Shown: piece by piece, positions 28,447-36,449 of the stretch | How the letters are laid out: each line of letters starts with the position of its first letter | How positions within the stretch are numbered: position 1 is the first letter of the stretch | Source of the DNA: an uncultured Pseudomonadota bacterium | Lineage (GTDB): Bacteria; Pseudomonadota; Gammaproteobacteria; Steroidobacterales; Steroidobacteraceae | Assembly (NCBI GenBank): GCA_963780455.1 | Contig: CAWACM010000014.1 | Coordinates: 42,737 to 106,736, forward strand | Direction: 5' to 3' | DNA length: 64,000 nucleotides | The notes under the pieces: model-generated | The model's input: the letters and a program-made list of their open reading frames with translations, nothing else | What the model was told of the DNA's origin: nothing | Database searches by the model: none | Position numbers and translations under genes: made by a program

Positions 28447-30210
28447 TTACTGAAGCTCGTGGGGTTGCGTATCTCGGACCGAGGGATGCTCAAGTTGCTG
28501 AGGCAGTGGCTCGAGGTAGGGGTGATGAACGAAGGCGCCGTCGAGCGGACGGTGGCTGGCACACCGCAGGGCGGGGTGATTACCCCCCGAACGCAAAAGG
28601 TAAGTTTCACCCGCGGGCCCACCGCCCGGAGGCGAAGGTGCCGGCGGGACCGGGATCGAATGGCGGATCGTGATGGTCTGATCACCGACGAGAACATCCT
28701 TGACGAGCAGTCGAACGATTCGCTGACGCTCCAGCACTTCGATGGTACCCGCCGAGACGCGCAGGCGCTCGAGGAACGCCGTCAGGGTCTCTGCGAGGCG
28801 CAGGTAGGCGGCACGGTCATTGACCTGGTCAACGATCGCCTGCAACTCGGCCTGCATCACCTGCTCTCGCTGGCGCAGATCTGGAATGCGTCGACGCAGC
28901 TCGTCAATCGACAACAGGTCTTCCTGATAGGCAGTGAGCATCCGCTCCATGCTCTTGCGCACGCGCGCCAAGTCGCGCTGCAGCGCTTTCTCGCGCTGCT
29001 GCGCAGGGTCGGCGGTGCGCGCGGCTGCGAGCCGACGGTCGAGCTCCTGCTGGATCAAGCTCGGATCCTCGAGCAGACGCACGACTTCGGTCCACACGAC
29101 CTGATCGAGCAGGTCCTGTCGGACCGGACGGTTGTCGCACACGGGACTCGCGAGTCCTCGCCACTGATCAGAGCCGATGCATCGGTAGTAGTGGATGTTG
29201 CGGGCACTCGAGCGGGTCGAGGTGCGCGACAGCGCGTAGCCGCACTTGCTGCACGATACGAGGCCCTGCACGATACTTGGGGTGATGGTCCGGCGCCGCG
29301 AGAGGATCTTGTTCTGCTCGAGCAGTTCTTGCGCGCGCTCGAAGCTCTCTTCGGTCACGAGTGCGGGAACCGGGATGGTGATCCAGTCGGCCCGCGGCCG
29401 CTCGTGATGTGCGCTGTCGCGCGATCCAACGCGGCCACGTTGGCGGATCGGACGCGTGATGCGTTGACGCGGTGCCGTGCGAGTTTTGCCAAAGCACGCG
29501 GTGCCGATGTACGCGGGGTTGCGCAGGATCGCCCATACCGTCGAGCGCTCCCAACGCGACAGTCGCTTGCGGGTTGGTATCCCATCATCGTTGAGTTCGC
29601 GGACAATCGCGCCGATGCTCAGGCCGTCAATGCTGTAGCGCTCGTAGACCCGTCGCACGATATCCGCCTCGGCGTCGAAAACCTCGTAAAATGCAGGGCT
29701 ATCCTCGCCCTTGCGGACATAGCGGTAACCATACGGGGCGCCGCTCAGAACGCTCACCTGGCCCTGGCGCGCACGGTGTCGCTTGCCGCGGCGGGAACGC
29801 TCGAGAATCTGCGCGCGTTCGTACTCGGCGATCATGCCCTGGAACTGTACGAGCAGTTGATCCTCCGGTGTGGCGTTCGCCGGTGCGTTGAGGAACACGG
29901 TCTCAACCCCATGACGCGCGAACTCCTCGATCAGCAGAACCTGATACGCGTACTTGCGGCTCAGGCGGTCGGGTCCGTAGACGAGCACCGCCTGGATCTG
30001 GCCTTCGGCGGCAAGGTCACGGATACGCTCGAGACCAGGACGCACAAGGCTCGCGCCGCTATAGCCTTCGTCCTCGAACACCCAGGCGTCGGGTACCTGG
30101 AAGCTCCGCGTCTTCGCAAACTCGATCAGTGCCGCCGTCTGGCTCGCGATCGTGTGTTCCTCCCGCTGTTTGTCCGAAGATACGCGAGCGTAGATCGCTG
30201 CTGCTGTCAT
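28447..30210 (-). CDS. Large serine recombinase (resolvase/invertase N-domain + recombinase domain + zinc ribbon + coiled coil)
   Basis: The N-terminus is MTAAAIYARVSSDKQ. A Cys cluster reads CSKCGYAL...YYRC...PVC. A long coiled-coil tail follows. The last 44 codons and the stop lie outside the element, beyond the left TIR. Confidence 0.9.
   Translation of the reverse strand: MTAAAIYARVSSDKQREEHTIASQTAALIEFAKTRSFQVPDAWVFEDEGYSGASLVRPGLERIRDLAAEGQIQAVLVYGPDRLSRKYAYQVLLIEEFARHGVETVFLNAPANATPEDQLLVQFQGMIAEYERAQILERSRRGKRHRARQGQVSVLSGAPYGYRYVRKGEDSPAFYEVFDAEADIVRRVYERYSIDGLSIGAIVRELNDDGIPTRKRLSRWERSTVWAILRNPAYIGTACFGKTRTAPRQRITRPIRQRGRVGSRDSAHHERPRADWITIPVPALVTEESFERAQELLEQNKILSRRRTITPSIVQGLVSCSKCGYALSRTSTRSSARNIHYYRCIGSDQWRGLASPVCDNRPVRQDLLDQVVWTEVVRLLEDPSLIQQELDRRLAAARTADPAQQREKALQRDLARVRKSMERMLTAYQEDLLSIDELRRRIPDLRQREQVMQAELQAIVDQVNDRAAYLRLAETLTAFLERLRVSAGTIEVLERQRIVRLLVKDVLVGDQTITIRHSIPVPPAPSPPGGGPAGETYLLRSGGNHPALRCASHRPLDGAFVHHPYLEPLPQQLEHPSVRDTQPHELQ
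28581..28609. repeat. Left terminal inverted repeat TACCCCCCGAACGCAAAAGGTAAGTTTCA
   Basis: It is the reverse complement of 30768-30796 with one mismatch. Confidence 0.9.
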
Positions 30211-30367
30211 CGATCACCTCCGTTACGCGGCTTCGCTCACCAGCGACTCGCACGCGGTCTGAGACGAGAAGCTCGTACGCCTGGGCGAGCTTGCTCTGCA
30301 GGCGCCGATCGAAGAAGTAGTCGAGGCGAACCTCGTAGTGGCTTGCGCGTCTTTGGCGCTCAGCCAT
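30059..30367 (-). CDS. Hypothetical small ORF between the RHH-like gene and the recombinase gene
   Basis: ATG 30367 overlaps the stop of the upstream ORF. About 52 codons precede a 150-nt out-of-frame overlap with the recombinase gene. The true extent is unclear. Confidence 0.25.
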   Translation of the reverse strand: MAERQRRASHYEVRLDYFFDRRLQSKLAQAYELLVSDRVRVAGERSRVTEVIDDSSSDLRSRIFGQTAGGTHDREPDGGTDRVCEDAELPGTRRLGVRGRRL

Positions 30368-30689
30368 GCCTGCCCACGGCGACGAGGAAGGCCGTGATCG
30401 CGCGGGTGACAATCTGCCCCAGCGTCAGTCCGCTCGAGGCTGCGTATGTTCGCAGGTCGCGAACAACGTTCGCAGGGATCTTGAACGTCACCGGGATCGA
30501 CGACTCGATCTCCGGCACCGGATGGCCAATCGCCTGGGCCTCCTGCACGTACCGATATGCTTGACGCTGCGATAGATCGAACTCGCGGATCAGGGTCTGC
30601 ACCGCATCCGGCACGCTCAACCCGCGGGCGACGAGGCGGTGCGCAGCGTTCAATCGCTCGGCCTTTTCGGCGGCAGTGGCTCTTGACAT
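30360..30689 (-). CDS. Small HTH / ribbon-helix-helix-like protein (possible regulator or directionality factor)
   Basis: 109 aa. The C-terminal part, IPVTFKIPANVVRDLRTYAASSGLTLGQIVTRAITAFL, looks RHH/CopG-like. An AT-rich region with palindromes (ACATATGT) and TTGACT lies upstream. Confidence 0.55.
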   Translation of the reverse strand: MSRATAAEKAERLNAAHRLVARGLSVPDAVQTLIREFDLSQRQAYRYVQEAQAIGHPVPEIESSIPVTFKIPANVVRDLRTYAASSGLTLGQIVTRAITAFLVAVGRHG

Positions 30690-30767
30690 ATGTCATATAT
30701 GTATTACCGTTTACGTCTAAAGTCAAGCAACGGCATGTTCCGCCACCCGTCAACGAGACGGTCGAAC

Positions 30768-30796
30768 TGAAAGTTACCTTTTGCGTTCGGGGGGTA
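30768..30796. repeat. Right terminal inverted repeat TGAAAGTTACCTTTTGCGTTCGGGGGGTA
   Basis: It is the reverse complement of 28581-28609 with one mismatch. Confidence 0.9.
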
Positions 30797-31488
30797 ATCT
30801 CGCCGTTGCTGTCGAACATCTACCTGCATCTGCTCGACGTGCTGTGGACGCGCCATAGTGGCCCGATGGGGACGCTGGTGCGATACGCAGACGACTTTGT
30901 GGTGCTGTGCCGCACCAAGAAGGATTGCGAGCAGGCCGAGGCGCGTATCAAGGTGATCTTGAAGCGTTTGGGTCTCGAACTGCATCCGGAGAAAACGAGG
31001 CGAGTCGAGCTCTACGATGGCAAGGAGGGCTTTGACTTCCTCGGTTGTCACCTGCACAAGCGCCTGAGCGGCCGGATATGGGAACAGGAGCGGAAACGCC
31101 GCTACTTCCTGCATCGCTGGCCGAGTCGACGTGCGATGGTGCGGGTCCGACAGCGCGTGAAGGAGCTGACCACCCGGTCGCGGTGTCATGCGGATATGCG
31201 CATGGTCATCGCGGACCTCAACCCCGTTCTGCGCGGTTGGGGCAGCTACTTTCGCACCGGCACTGCCGCTCGCCAGTTCGAGGGTCTGGATAGCTACGTC
31301 GTGGGTCGGCTGCGCCAACTGCGCCTAGCTCGCAAAGGGCGCCACCTTCGGGCCGTTGAATCCAGAGACTGGACGCGCGAGTACTTCGAACATCTGGGCC
31401 TTCATCGCCTGCGCGGGAGTATCTGTTACCCGGAGCGAGCCTTTTGGCAGGAGAGCGCATAATGCTGCGTGCCGACCAATCACCGGTA

Positions 31489-31519
31489 AGCCGTGTGCGG
31501 GAAATCCGCATGCACGGTT
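31489..31519 (+). ncRNA. Group II intron domain V
   Basis: AGCCGUGUGCGG-GAAA-UCCGCAUGCACGGUU. It has the AGC catalytic triad, a 2-nt bulge on the 3' strand and a GAAA loop. It starts 26 nt after the IEP stop. Confidence 0.85.
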
Positions 31520-31580
31520 TGAAAGGGGGCCCTGACCGCTCCTGCCGGAATCCGGCTTCATCAGTGGTCAGGGTCTACCA

Positions 31581-32678
31581 ATGACCTCGGCCCAGGGTGA
31601 CATGCGCTCGACCAGCTGGCGCTGGATTGTCGGAATCTGGTCGGCCTACGCGCTGTGCGATGCCAGTCAGACGGTGCTCTCCATGCATGCGGACGGAAAG
31701 CATCAGCCGTGGCTGCCGGTCTTTGCAACCGACTTCGTGTCCTGGCTTCCCTGGGCGCTGGCCACTCCGCTCGTGATTGCCGTGGCGCGGCGCTATCCCC
31801 TGTTGCGCGGCCTCAGCGCCCGCTCGATCGGCGCGCACCTCGCGGTCTTCGCGGTCGTCGGCGCGGTTACCGAGACGTGGTCTTCAGGGCTGACGATGCT
31901 CTTCAACCCCTGGGGCGATCCACAGCGACCGACGTTCGTCGATACCTGGACCATGATGTGTCTCTACCAGTGCGTGACGTTCCTCACCGCGTATGCGCTG
32001 ATAGTAGCAGTCACCTTCGTCATGGATGCAAAGGCAGGCATGGCGCGCCAGATGACCGAGGCCGCGCGCCTCAATGCGGAGCTCTCGAAGGCGCAGCTCG
32101 CCGCGCTGCGCCGGCAGATCGATCCGCACTTCATATACAATACGCTCAACTCCATAGCCGGCCTCGTGCGCGAGCATCTCAACGACGCCGCCGTGAGCAT
32201 GATAGTCGGGCTCAGTGAATTCCTCCGCCGCGCTTCCGAGGATTCTCACCGGCCGCAGGTGGCCCTGCAGGAGGAAGTCGAGTATCTGCAGCGCTACCTC
32301 GACATTCAGAAGGTTCGCTTTGGCGAACGACTGCAGGTGAGCGTGGACATCCCTTCGGATCTGCTGCGCGCGCAGGTTCCCACTCTGCTGCTGCAGCCCC
32401 TGGTGGAGAATGCCATCAAGCACGGCATCGCGAAGCGTGTTGCCGGAGGCGCCGTGCGCGTGGCGGGGGCGTGCCACGACAGCCGGCTTTGCCTCAGCGT
32501 CTACAACGACGGCCCCAACCTGCCGACGGATTGGGAAGCGGCCCAGAGCGGTGTCGGCATCCGCAATCTGCGCAACCGTCTGCAGATCCTGCACGGCAAC
32601 GATTCCGAGCTGCAGCTGACGCGCGCCAATTCCGCCGGAGTGGAAGTACTCGTGACGCTGCCTTTCCGGGTAGCGTAA
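31581..32678 (+). CDS. LytS/YehU-type sensor histidine kinase (membrane, His_kinase + HATPase)
   Basis: It has N-terminal TM segments. LRRQIDPHFIYNTLNSIAGLV is the PF06580-type H-box region. LLLQPLVENAIKHG is the N-box. An alternative start is ATG 31602. Confidence 0.88.
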   Translation: MTSAQGDMRSTSWRWIVGIWSAYALCDASQTVLSMHADGKHQPWLPVFATDFVSWLPWALATPLVIAVARRYPLLRGLSARSIGAHLAVFAVVGAVTETWSSGLTMLFNPWGDPQRPTFVDTWTMMCLYQCVTFLTAYALIVAVTFVMDAKAGMARQMTEAARLNAELSKAQLAALRRQIDPHFIYNTLNSIAGLVREHLNDAAVSMIVGLSEFLRRASEDSHRPQVALQEEVEYLQRYLDIQKVRFGERLQVSVDIPSDLLRAQVPTLLLQPLVENAIKHGIAKRVAGGAVRVAGACHDSRLCLSVYNDGPNLPTDWEAAQSGVGIRNLRNRLQILHGNDSELQLTRANSAGVEVLVTLPFRVA

Positions 32679-33443
32679 ATGGAGCCGGTCGAGCAGCGGC
32701 GCTCGCCGATTCGGGTGCTCGTGGTCGATGACGAATCATTGGCGCGGCGCAATCTGACCGTGCTGTTGCGTCGTGACCCGGACATTGGATCGATCGTCGA
32801 ATGCTCCTCCGGACCCGAGGCCATCGAGGAGATCAGGCAATCGAGGCCCGACGTCGTCTTTCTGGACGTGCAGATGCCGGAATGCGATGGCTTCGACGTG
32901 CTGGAGCTCCTGGGCGGCGATCTGCCGCCGGCCATCATCTTCGTGACTGCCTATGATGAGTACGCGCTGCGCGCCTTCGAGACGGGAGCGCTCGACTATC
33001 TGTTGAAGCCCTTCGATGACGCGCGCTTTGCGCGCGCGCTGAGCCGGGCCAAGGAGAAGCTCGCCCATTACCCGCCGGCGAAGCCGCGGGCGGCCGAGCA
33101 GCTCGTGGTCCGCAATCAGGGCCGGGTGCTCTTCCTCAAGGCCGCGGACATCGATTGGATCGAGGCTGCCGGCTACTACGCCTGCCTGCACGTGGGTGCG
33201 GACACCCATGTCCTGCGCCGGCCGCTGGCGGAGCTCGAGCAGGAGCTGGGTGAGGAGAAGTTCGTCCGCATTCACCGCTCGACCATCGTCAACCTCGAGC
33301 GGATTCGGGGGCTCGAGCTCCAGACCGGCGGCGAGTACGAAGTGGTGCTGGGATCCAAGGTCCGACTGCGGCTGAGCCGGCGTTATCGCAAGCGGCTGCA
33401 GGAGCGCATGGGCGCAAGGTACCGACCGTTGGCACTCTCCTGA
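32679..33443 (+). CDS. LytR/AlgR-family response regulator (REC + LytTR DNA-binding domain)
   Basis: The REC domain reads VLVVDDE...DVVFLDVQMPECDG. The LytTR region reads IDWIEAAGYYACLHV...FVRIHRSTIVNLERI. The gene starts immediately after the kinase stop. Confidence 0.9.
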   Translation: MEPVEQRRSPIRVLVVDDESLARRNLTVLLRRDPDIGSIVECSSGPEAIEEIRQSRPDVVFLDVQMPECDGFDVLELLGGDLPPAIIFVTAYDEYALRAFETGALDYLLKPFDDARFARALSRAKEKLAHYPPAKPRAAEQLVVRNQGRVLFLKAADIDWIEAAGYYACLHVGADTHVLRRPLAELEQELGEEKFVRIHRSTIVNLERIRGLELQTGGEYEVVLGSKVRLRLSRRYRKRLQERMGARYRPLALS

Positions 33444-33740
33444 TCACCACAAATCCACGTCGGCCGTAAGCTGGTACGTGCGGCCAATGATGCCCGCGGG
33501 TGGAGAGGCTCATCCGGGTCTTGGGCGCGAGGACGTTGCCGGTGTTGGCGAGCTCGCCGGCCTCGTTGAGGGGCACCGAGGCGCCGATCTGCAGCTTCAG
33601 CGTCTTGGTGTCGAGATAGTTGCCGGTGAACGACATCCTGCCGAGCTTCCACGGCAGCTCCGTCTGATGCAGAAGCATGTCAGTCACGGTGTCTGGCTCT
33701 GCGCCGCGCGACTGCTCGAGGCGACCGGTACCTCCCAAAC
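33444..33740 (-). pseudogene. Frameshifted C-terminal remnant of an outer-membrane beta-barrel gene
   Basis: One minus frame ends ...GIIGRTYQLTADVDLW*, an aromatic terminus. A second frame upstream reads ...LPWKLGRMSFTGNYLDTKTLKLQIGASVPLNEAGELANTGNVLAPKT. There is no N-terminal part. Confidence 0.3.
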
Positions 33741-33844
33741 TGAGGGCTATGCTTCATGCCCGGGCGACGGCGCATGGCGTCGGGTGAACGGATCGAGGGT
33801 TGCGCCGCAGACTGGCTGGCTCGTCTAGACCGGCCGGACACCCT

Positions 33845-34417
33845 TCAGGCGTCCGGCCGCCTGCCCACCAGGCCGTAATGATAGGGAGGCAGTTGGACTA
33901 CCGGTCCCGTCAGATCGAACCCCGCCGCCTGCATCCATTGCCGACACTGCTGCGGGGTGGGCCGGACATCCAGAGGCGGTCCGCGCGGCGTGTCGGAGTC
34001 CGTAACCCAGTGAATGACGGCCACCAGGCCGCCCGGGCGGAGAACCTCGTGGGCTTTCCCAAGCAGTCCGAGCGCGTCCTCCGCGTGCAGGATGTTGAAG
34101 AGCATCGCATAGCTGCAGCTGCCCGCCGGCAAGCCGGCTCCGCGGGCGACGAAATTCCGTTCCACCGCTCTCACATTGCTCAGGCCGGCCTGCTGCGCGC
34201 CCCTGGCGGTGGTTTGCACCATTTCAGGGTCGATGTCGATCCCATAAACCGTGCCCCTGGTGAGCGTTGCCGCCGTCAGCGTGAAGGTGCCGTAGCCGCA
34301 GCCGAAGTCCACGACGTCTCCCGCCAGCGGCAGGGAGAGCAGCTCGAGGATCTCCGTGGGCTCGAAAAACGACTCCCACAGGACCTGTTCCGGCATGCCG
34401 CTGTCGCGCACCTTCAT
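33845..34417 (-). CDS. Class I SAM-dependent methyltransferase
   Basis: Motif I VVDFGCGYGTFTL is present. 190 aa. Confidence 0.85.
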   Translation of the reverse strand: MKVRDSGMPEQVLWESFFEPTEILELLSLPLAGDVVDFGCGYGTFTLTAATLTRGTVYGIDIDPEMVQTTARGAQQAGLSNVRAVERNFVARGAGLPAGSCSYAMLFNILHAEDALGLLGKAHEVLRPGGLVAVIHWVTDSDTPRGPPLDVRPTPQQCRQWMQAAGFDLTGPVVQLPPYHYGLVGRRPDA

Positions 34418-34563
34418 GCCGGAAAGGTAACACGGCCAGTGCGCCAGTCCAGGGACTTCGCCTGCCGCCGCCGCAATCGCGGCATACTTGTAACTCCCCC
34501 CAGTCGCCAGTCCGTGTCAACCTGTCGCACGTCCACCGACCTTACACCGCCACGGAGACCGCC

Positions 34564-35361
34564 ATGACCACGACCCCGCAGTCCGCTTCTCAGGCCGCTT
34601 TTCAGGGCCCCCCGATCGTGTCTTCCGACGCCTGGGAGGCCGCGCGCCAGCAGATGCTCGTGAAGGAGAAAGCGCTGACGCGGGCCCGCGATGCCCTGGC
34701 TGCGGAGCGCCGGCGGATGCCGTGGATGGCCGTCGAGAAGGCGTACGAATTCCAAGGGCCCGGCGGCAAAGCCAGCCTGGTAGATCTGTTCGAGGGCCGC
34801 CGGCAACTGATCATCTATCGCGCGTTCTTCGAGCCCGGGGTGTTCGGCTGGCCGGACCATGCCTGTCGCGGCTGCTCCCTCGGCGCCGACCAGGTCGGTC
34901 ACCTTGCCCATCTGAACGAGCGGGATACGACGCTCGCCTATGTCTCACGGGCGCCGCAGGCCGACATTGCGCGCCTCAAGGCGCGGATGGGTTGGAAAAT
35001 GCCCTGGTACACGCTCACCGACAGCTTCGATGCGGACTTCGGCGTGCGCGAATGGCATGGCCACAACGTGTTCTTCCGGGATGGCAACCAGGTGTTTCGC
35101 ACTTACTTCGTCAACAACCGCGCCGATGAGGCGATGGGGACCATCTGGAGCTACCTCGATATCACGCCGCTCGGCCGGCAGGAGACATGGGAGGACTCGC
35201 CCAAGGGTTACCCGCAGACCGCGCCGTACAAGTGGTGGAACTGGCACGACAACTATGATGCCGAGCCGTCGCTCGACCCGCGGTGGCTCGACATCCTCAG
35301 CGATCCCGCAGGCGCCGCCGCCCGCAGGAGCGCGGCGGAAAAGAAGGAATGCGGCTGCTGA
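34564..35361 (+). CDS. DUF899 thioredoxin-like protein
   Basis: The sequence EKALTRARDALAAERRRMPWMAVEKAYEFQGPGGKASLVDLFEGRRQLIIY is typical of the DUF899 family. Confidence 0.8.
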   Translation: MTTTPQSASQAAFQGPPIVSSDAWEAARQQMLVKEKALTRARDALAAERRRMPWMAVEKAYEFQGPGGKASLVDLFEGRRQLIIYRAFFEPGVFGWPDHACRGCSLGADQVGHLAHLNERDTTLAYVSRAPQADIARLKARMGWKMPWYTLTDSFDADFGVREWHGHNVFFRDGNQVFRTYFVNNRADEAMGTIWSYLDITPLGRQETWEDSPKGYPQTAPYKWWNWHDNYDAEPSLDPRWLDILSDPAGAAARRSAAEKKECGC

Positions 35362-35372
35362 TGCGCCGCGCC

Positions 35373-35906
35373 TCAGTCGCTCAGCGCACGCCATGCCGCC
35401 AGCGCCGCCAGCTTCTGGTCCCGACCCCACGGTTTGGTAGCGATCTTGCCTACCGCGGTCAAGTCGAGCGAGGCGGGCGGCGTGATGCGACAGGGAATCC
35501 GACAGGCTTCGCGGAAAACATCGCGGTAGAAGAGACCTTCCGCCAGATGGATTCGCATGTGCGTCGCCAACGCCACTTCCGGCACCGGCAGAGCACTGTC
35601 TTTCGCAACGATGGCGCCGACACGCACAGCTGGAGTTAGTAGCGGCGCGAGTGCGCTTCGCGCCTGGGCCAGCGCTCGCGCCCGCACGCTCCCCAGCCAC
35701 TGCGGAACGGACGCAGCTTTCATCTCGGCGGCACGGTGGTAGCAGAAACGCTCGACACCGTCCAAAAGGTCGATCACCTCATTGGCGATGATCTGCGGGT
35801 TGCGAAGCGACCCGCCCACGACGACGCAGGCCCCCCAGCCGGTGTGGACGGTGATGCCGATCGCGCACTCCATGGCGCGACTGCGTTCGCTGTCGCCCTT
35901 TTTCAT
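35373..35906 (-). CDS. Hypothetical protein
   Basis: Intact ORF 35373-35924 with coding-like bias. The start is uncertain (35906 or 35873). No family recognised. Confidence 0.5.
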   Translation of the reverse strand: MKKGDSERSRAMECAIGITVHTGWGACVVVGGSLRNPQIIANEVIDLLDGVERFCYHRAAEMKAASVPQWLGSVRARALAQARSALAPLLTPAVRVGAIVAKDSALPVPEVALATHMRIHLAEGLFYRDVFREACRIPCRITPPASLDLTAVGKIATKPWGRDQKLAALAAWRALSD

Positions 35907-36105
35907 GAGTGAACCGTAACACATACACCAACATGGCCGTACCCGATTGCGGTGAACCTCCTGCGGGGACGCCGCTCCGAGCGCTGTCGTTGTTCAGCGA
36001 CGGCCGCCGGAAGTGTGAGCTGCTGTGCACCCCGGCATCCGTGGCGCGTTCATCATGCAGAGGCGGTAATCAGCGCCGCAACGGTAGTTTTGACAAGAGG
36101 TTCAC

Positions 36106-36441
36106 ATGACCCGTGTCATCTCGCGCGCTCGCAATGCAGCAATCGTTCTCGGGCTCGCCGCGGCTCTCGGAGGCTGCGTCATAGCGCCGGCCCCAGGGCC
36201 TTACTACGGCGGCGGCTTCGTGGCGGTGGCGCCTCCCACGGCGCGTGTCGAGTATTACGGGGCGGCACCGTACCCCGGCTACTTCTGGATGGGCGGCTTC
36301 TGGCGTTGGGGACCGGGCGGCTACGTCTGGGCTCCCGGACACTGGGCCGCTCCGCGCGCCGGGTATCGCTGGGTGCCGAACCACTGGGTGCGTGGCGGTC
36401 ACGGCTGGCACATGGCCGGCGGCCGCTGGGCTCGTCGCTGA
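36106..36441 (+). CDS. YXWGXW-repeat lipoprotein
   Basis: A lipobox LGGC is present. Repeats read GYFWMGGFWRW, GYVWAPGHW and GYRWVPNHW. Confidence 0.75.
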   Translation: MTRVISRARNAAIVLGLAAALGGCVIAPAPGPYYGGGFVAVAPPTARVEYYGAAPYPGYFWMGGFWRWGPGGYVWAPGHWAAPRAGYRWVPNHWVRGGHGWHMAGGRWARR

Positions 36442-36449
36442 GCTGCTGA

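Larger units (their letters stand above)
28581..30796 (-). mobile_element. IS-sized (2216 bp) large-serine-recombinase element with 29-bp terminal inverted repeats, inserted in the intron RT gene
   Basis: The TIRs match at 28/29 positions. The element is flanked by a direct AT repeat (28579-80 and 30797-98). Removing the element plus one AT restores GTG ATC TCG (GGVISP) in frame. Confidence 0.8.
27865..31462 (+). pseudogene. Group II intron reverse transcriptase/maturase (IEP), split by a 2.2-kb insertion
   Basis: The N-terminal part ends at 28580 (…RGAAGVDGQSI…RPLGIPTVRDRVAQ…TPQGGVI). The C-terminal part runs 30799-31462 (SPLLSNIYL…VRYADDFVVL…LNPVLRGWGSYFR). The start is uncertain (GTG 27829 or 27865). 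No endonuclease domain is seen. Confidence 0.85.
27512..31578 (+). mobile_element. Group II intron (about 1.85 kb without its insert), interrupted by a nested element
   Basis: GTGCG at 27512 is a candidate 5' end. A GNRA-capped hairpin ATGAAGG-GAGA-CCTTCAT lies at 27640. An RT/maturase ORF is present. Canonical domain V lies at 31489-31519, followed by a stem GGCCCTGACC/GGTCAGGGTC and ...CTAC at 31575-31578. Both boundaries are uncertain by tens of nt (5') and about 10 nt (3'). Confidence 0.8.

Noticed and set aside
27640-30564. 974-aa ORF, the longest plus-strand ORF in this region of the track
   Set aside because: It is chimeric. The first roughly 75 codons cover structured intron RNA. Codons up to 28580 are the genuine RT N-terminus. 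Everything after 28581 is antisense read-through of the serine recombinase gene, with no recognisable protein features.
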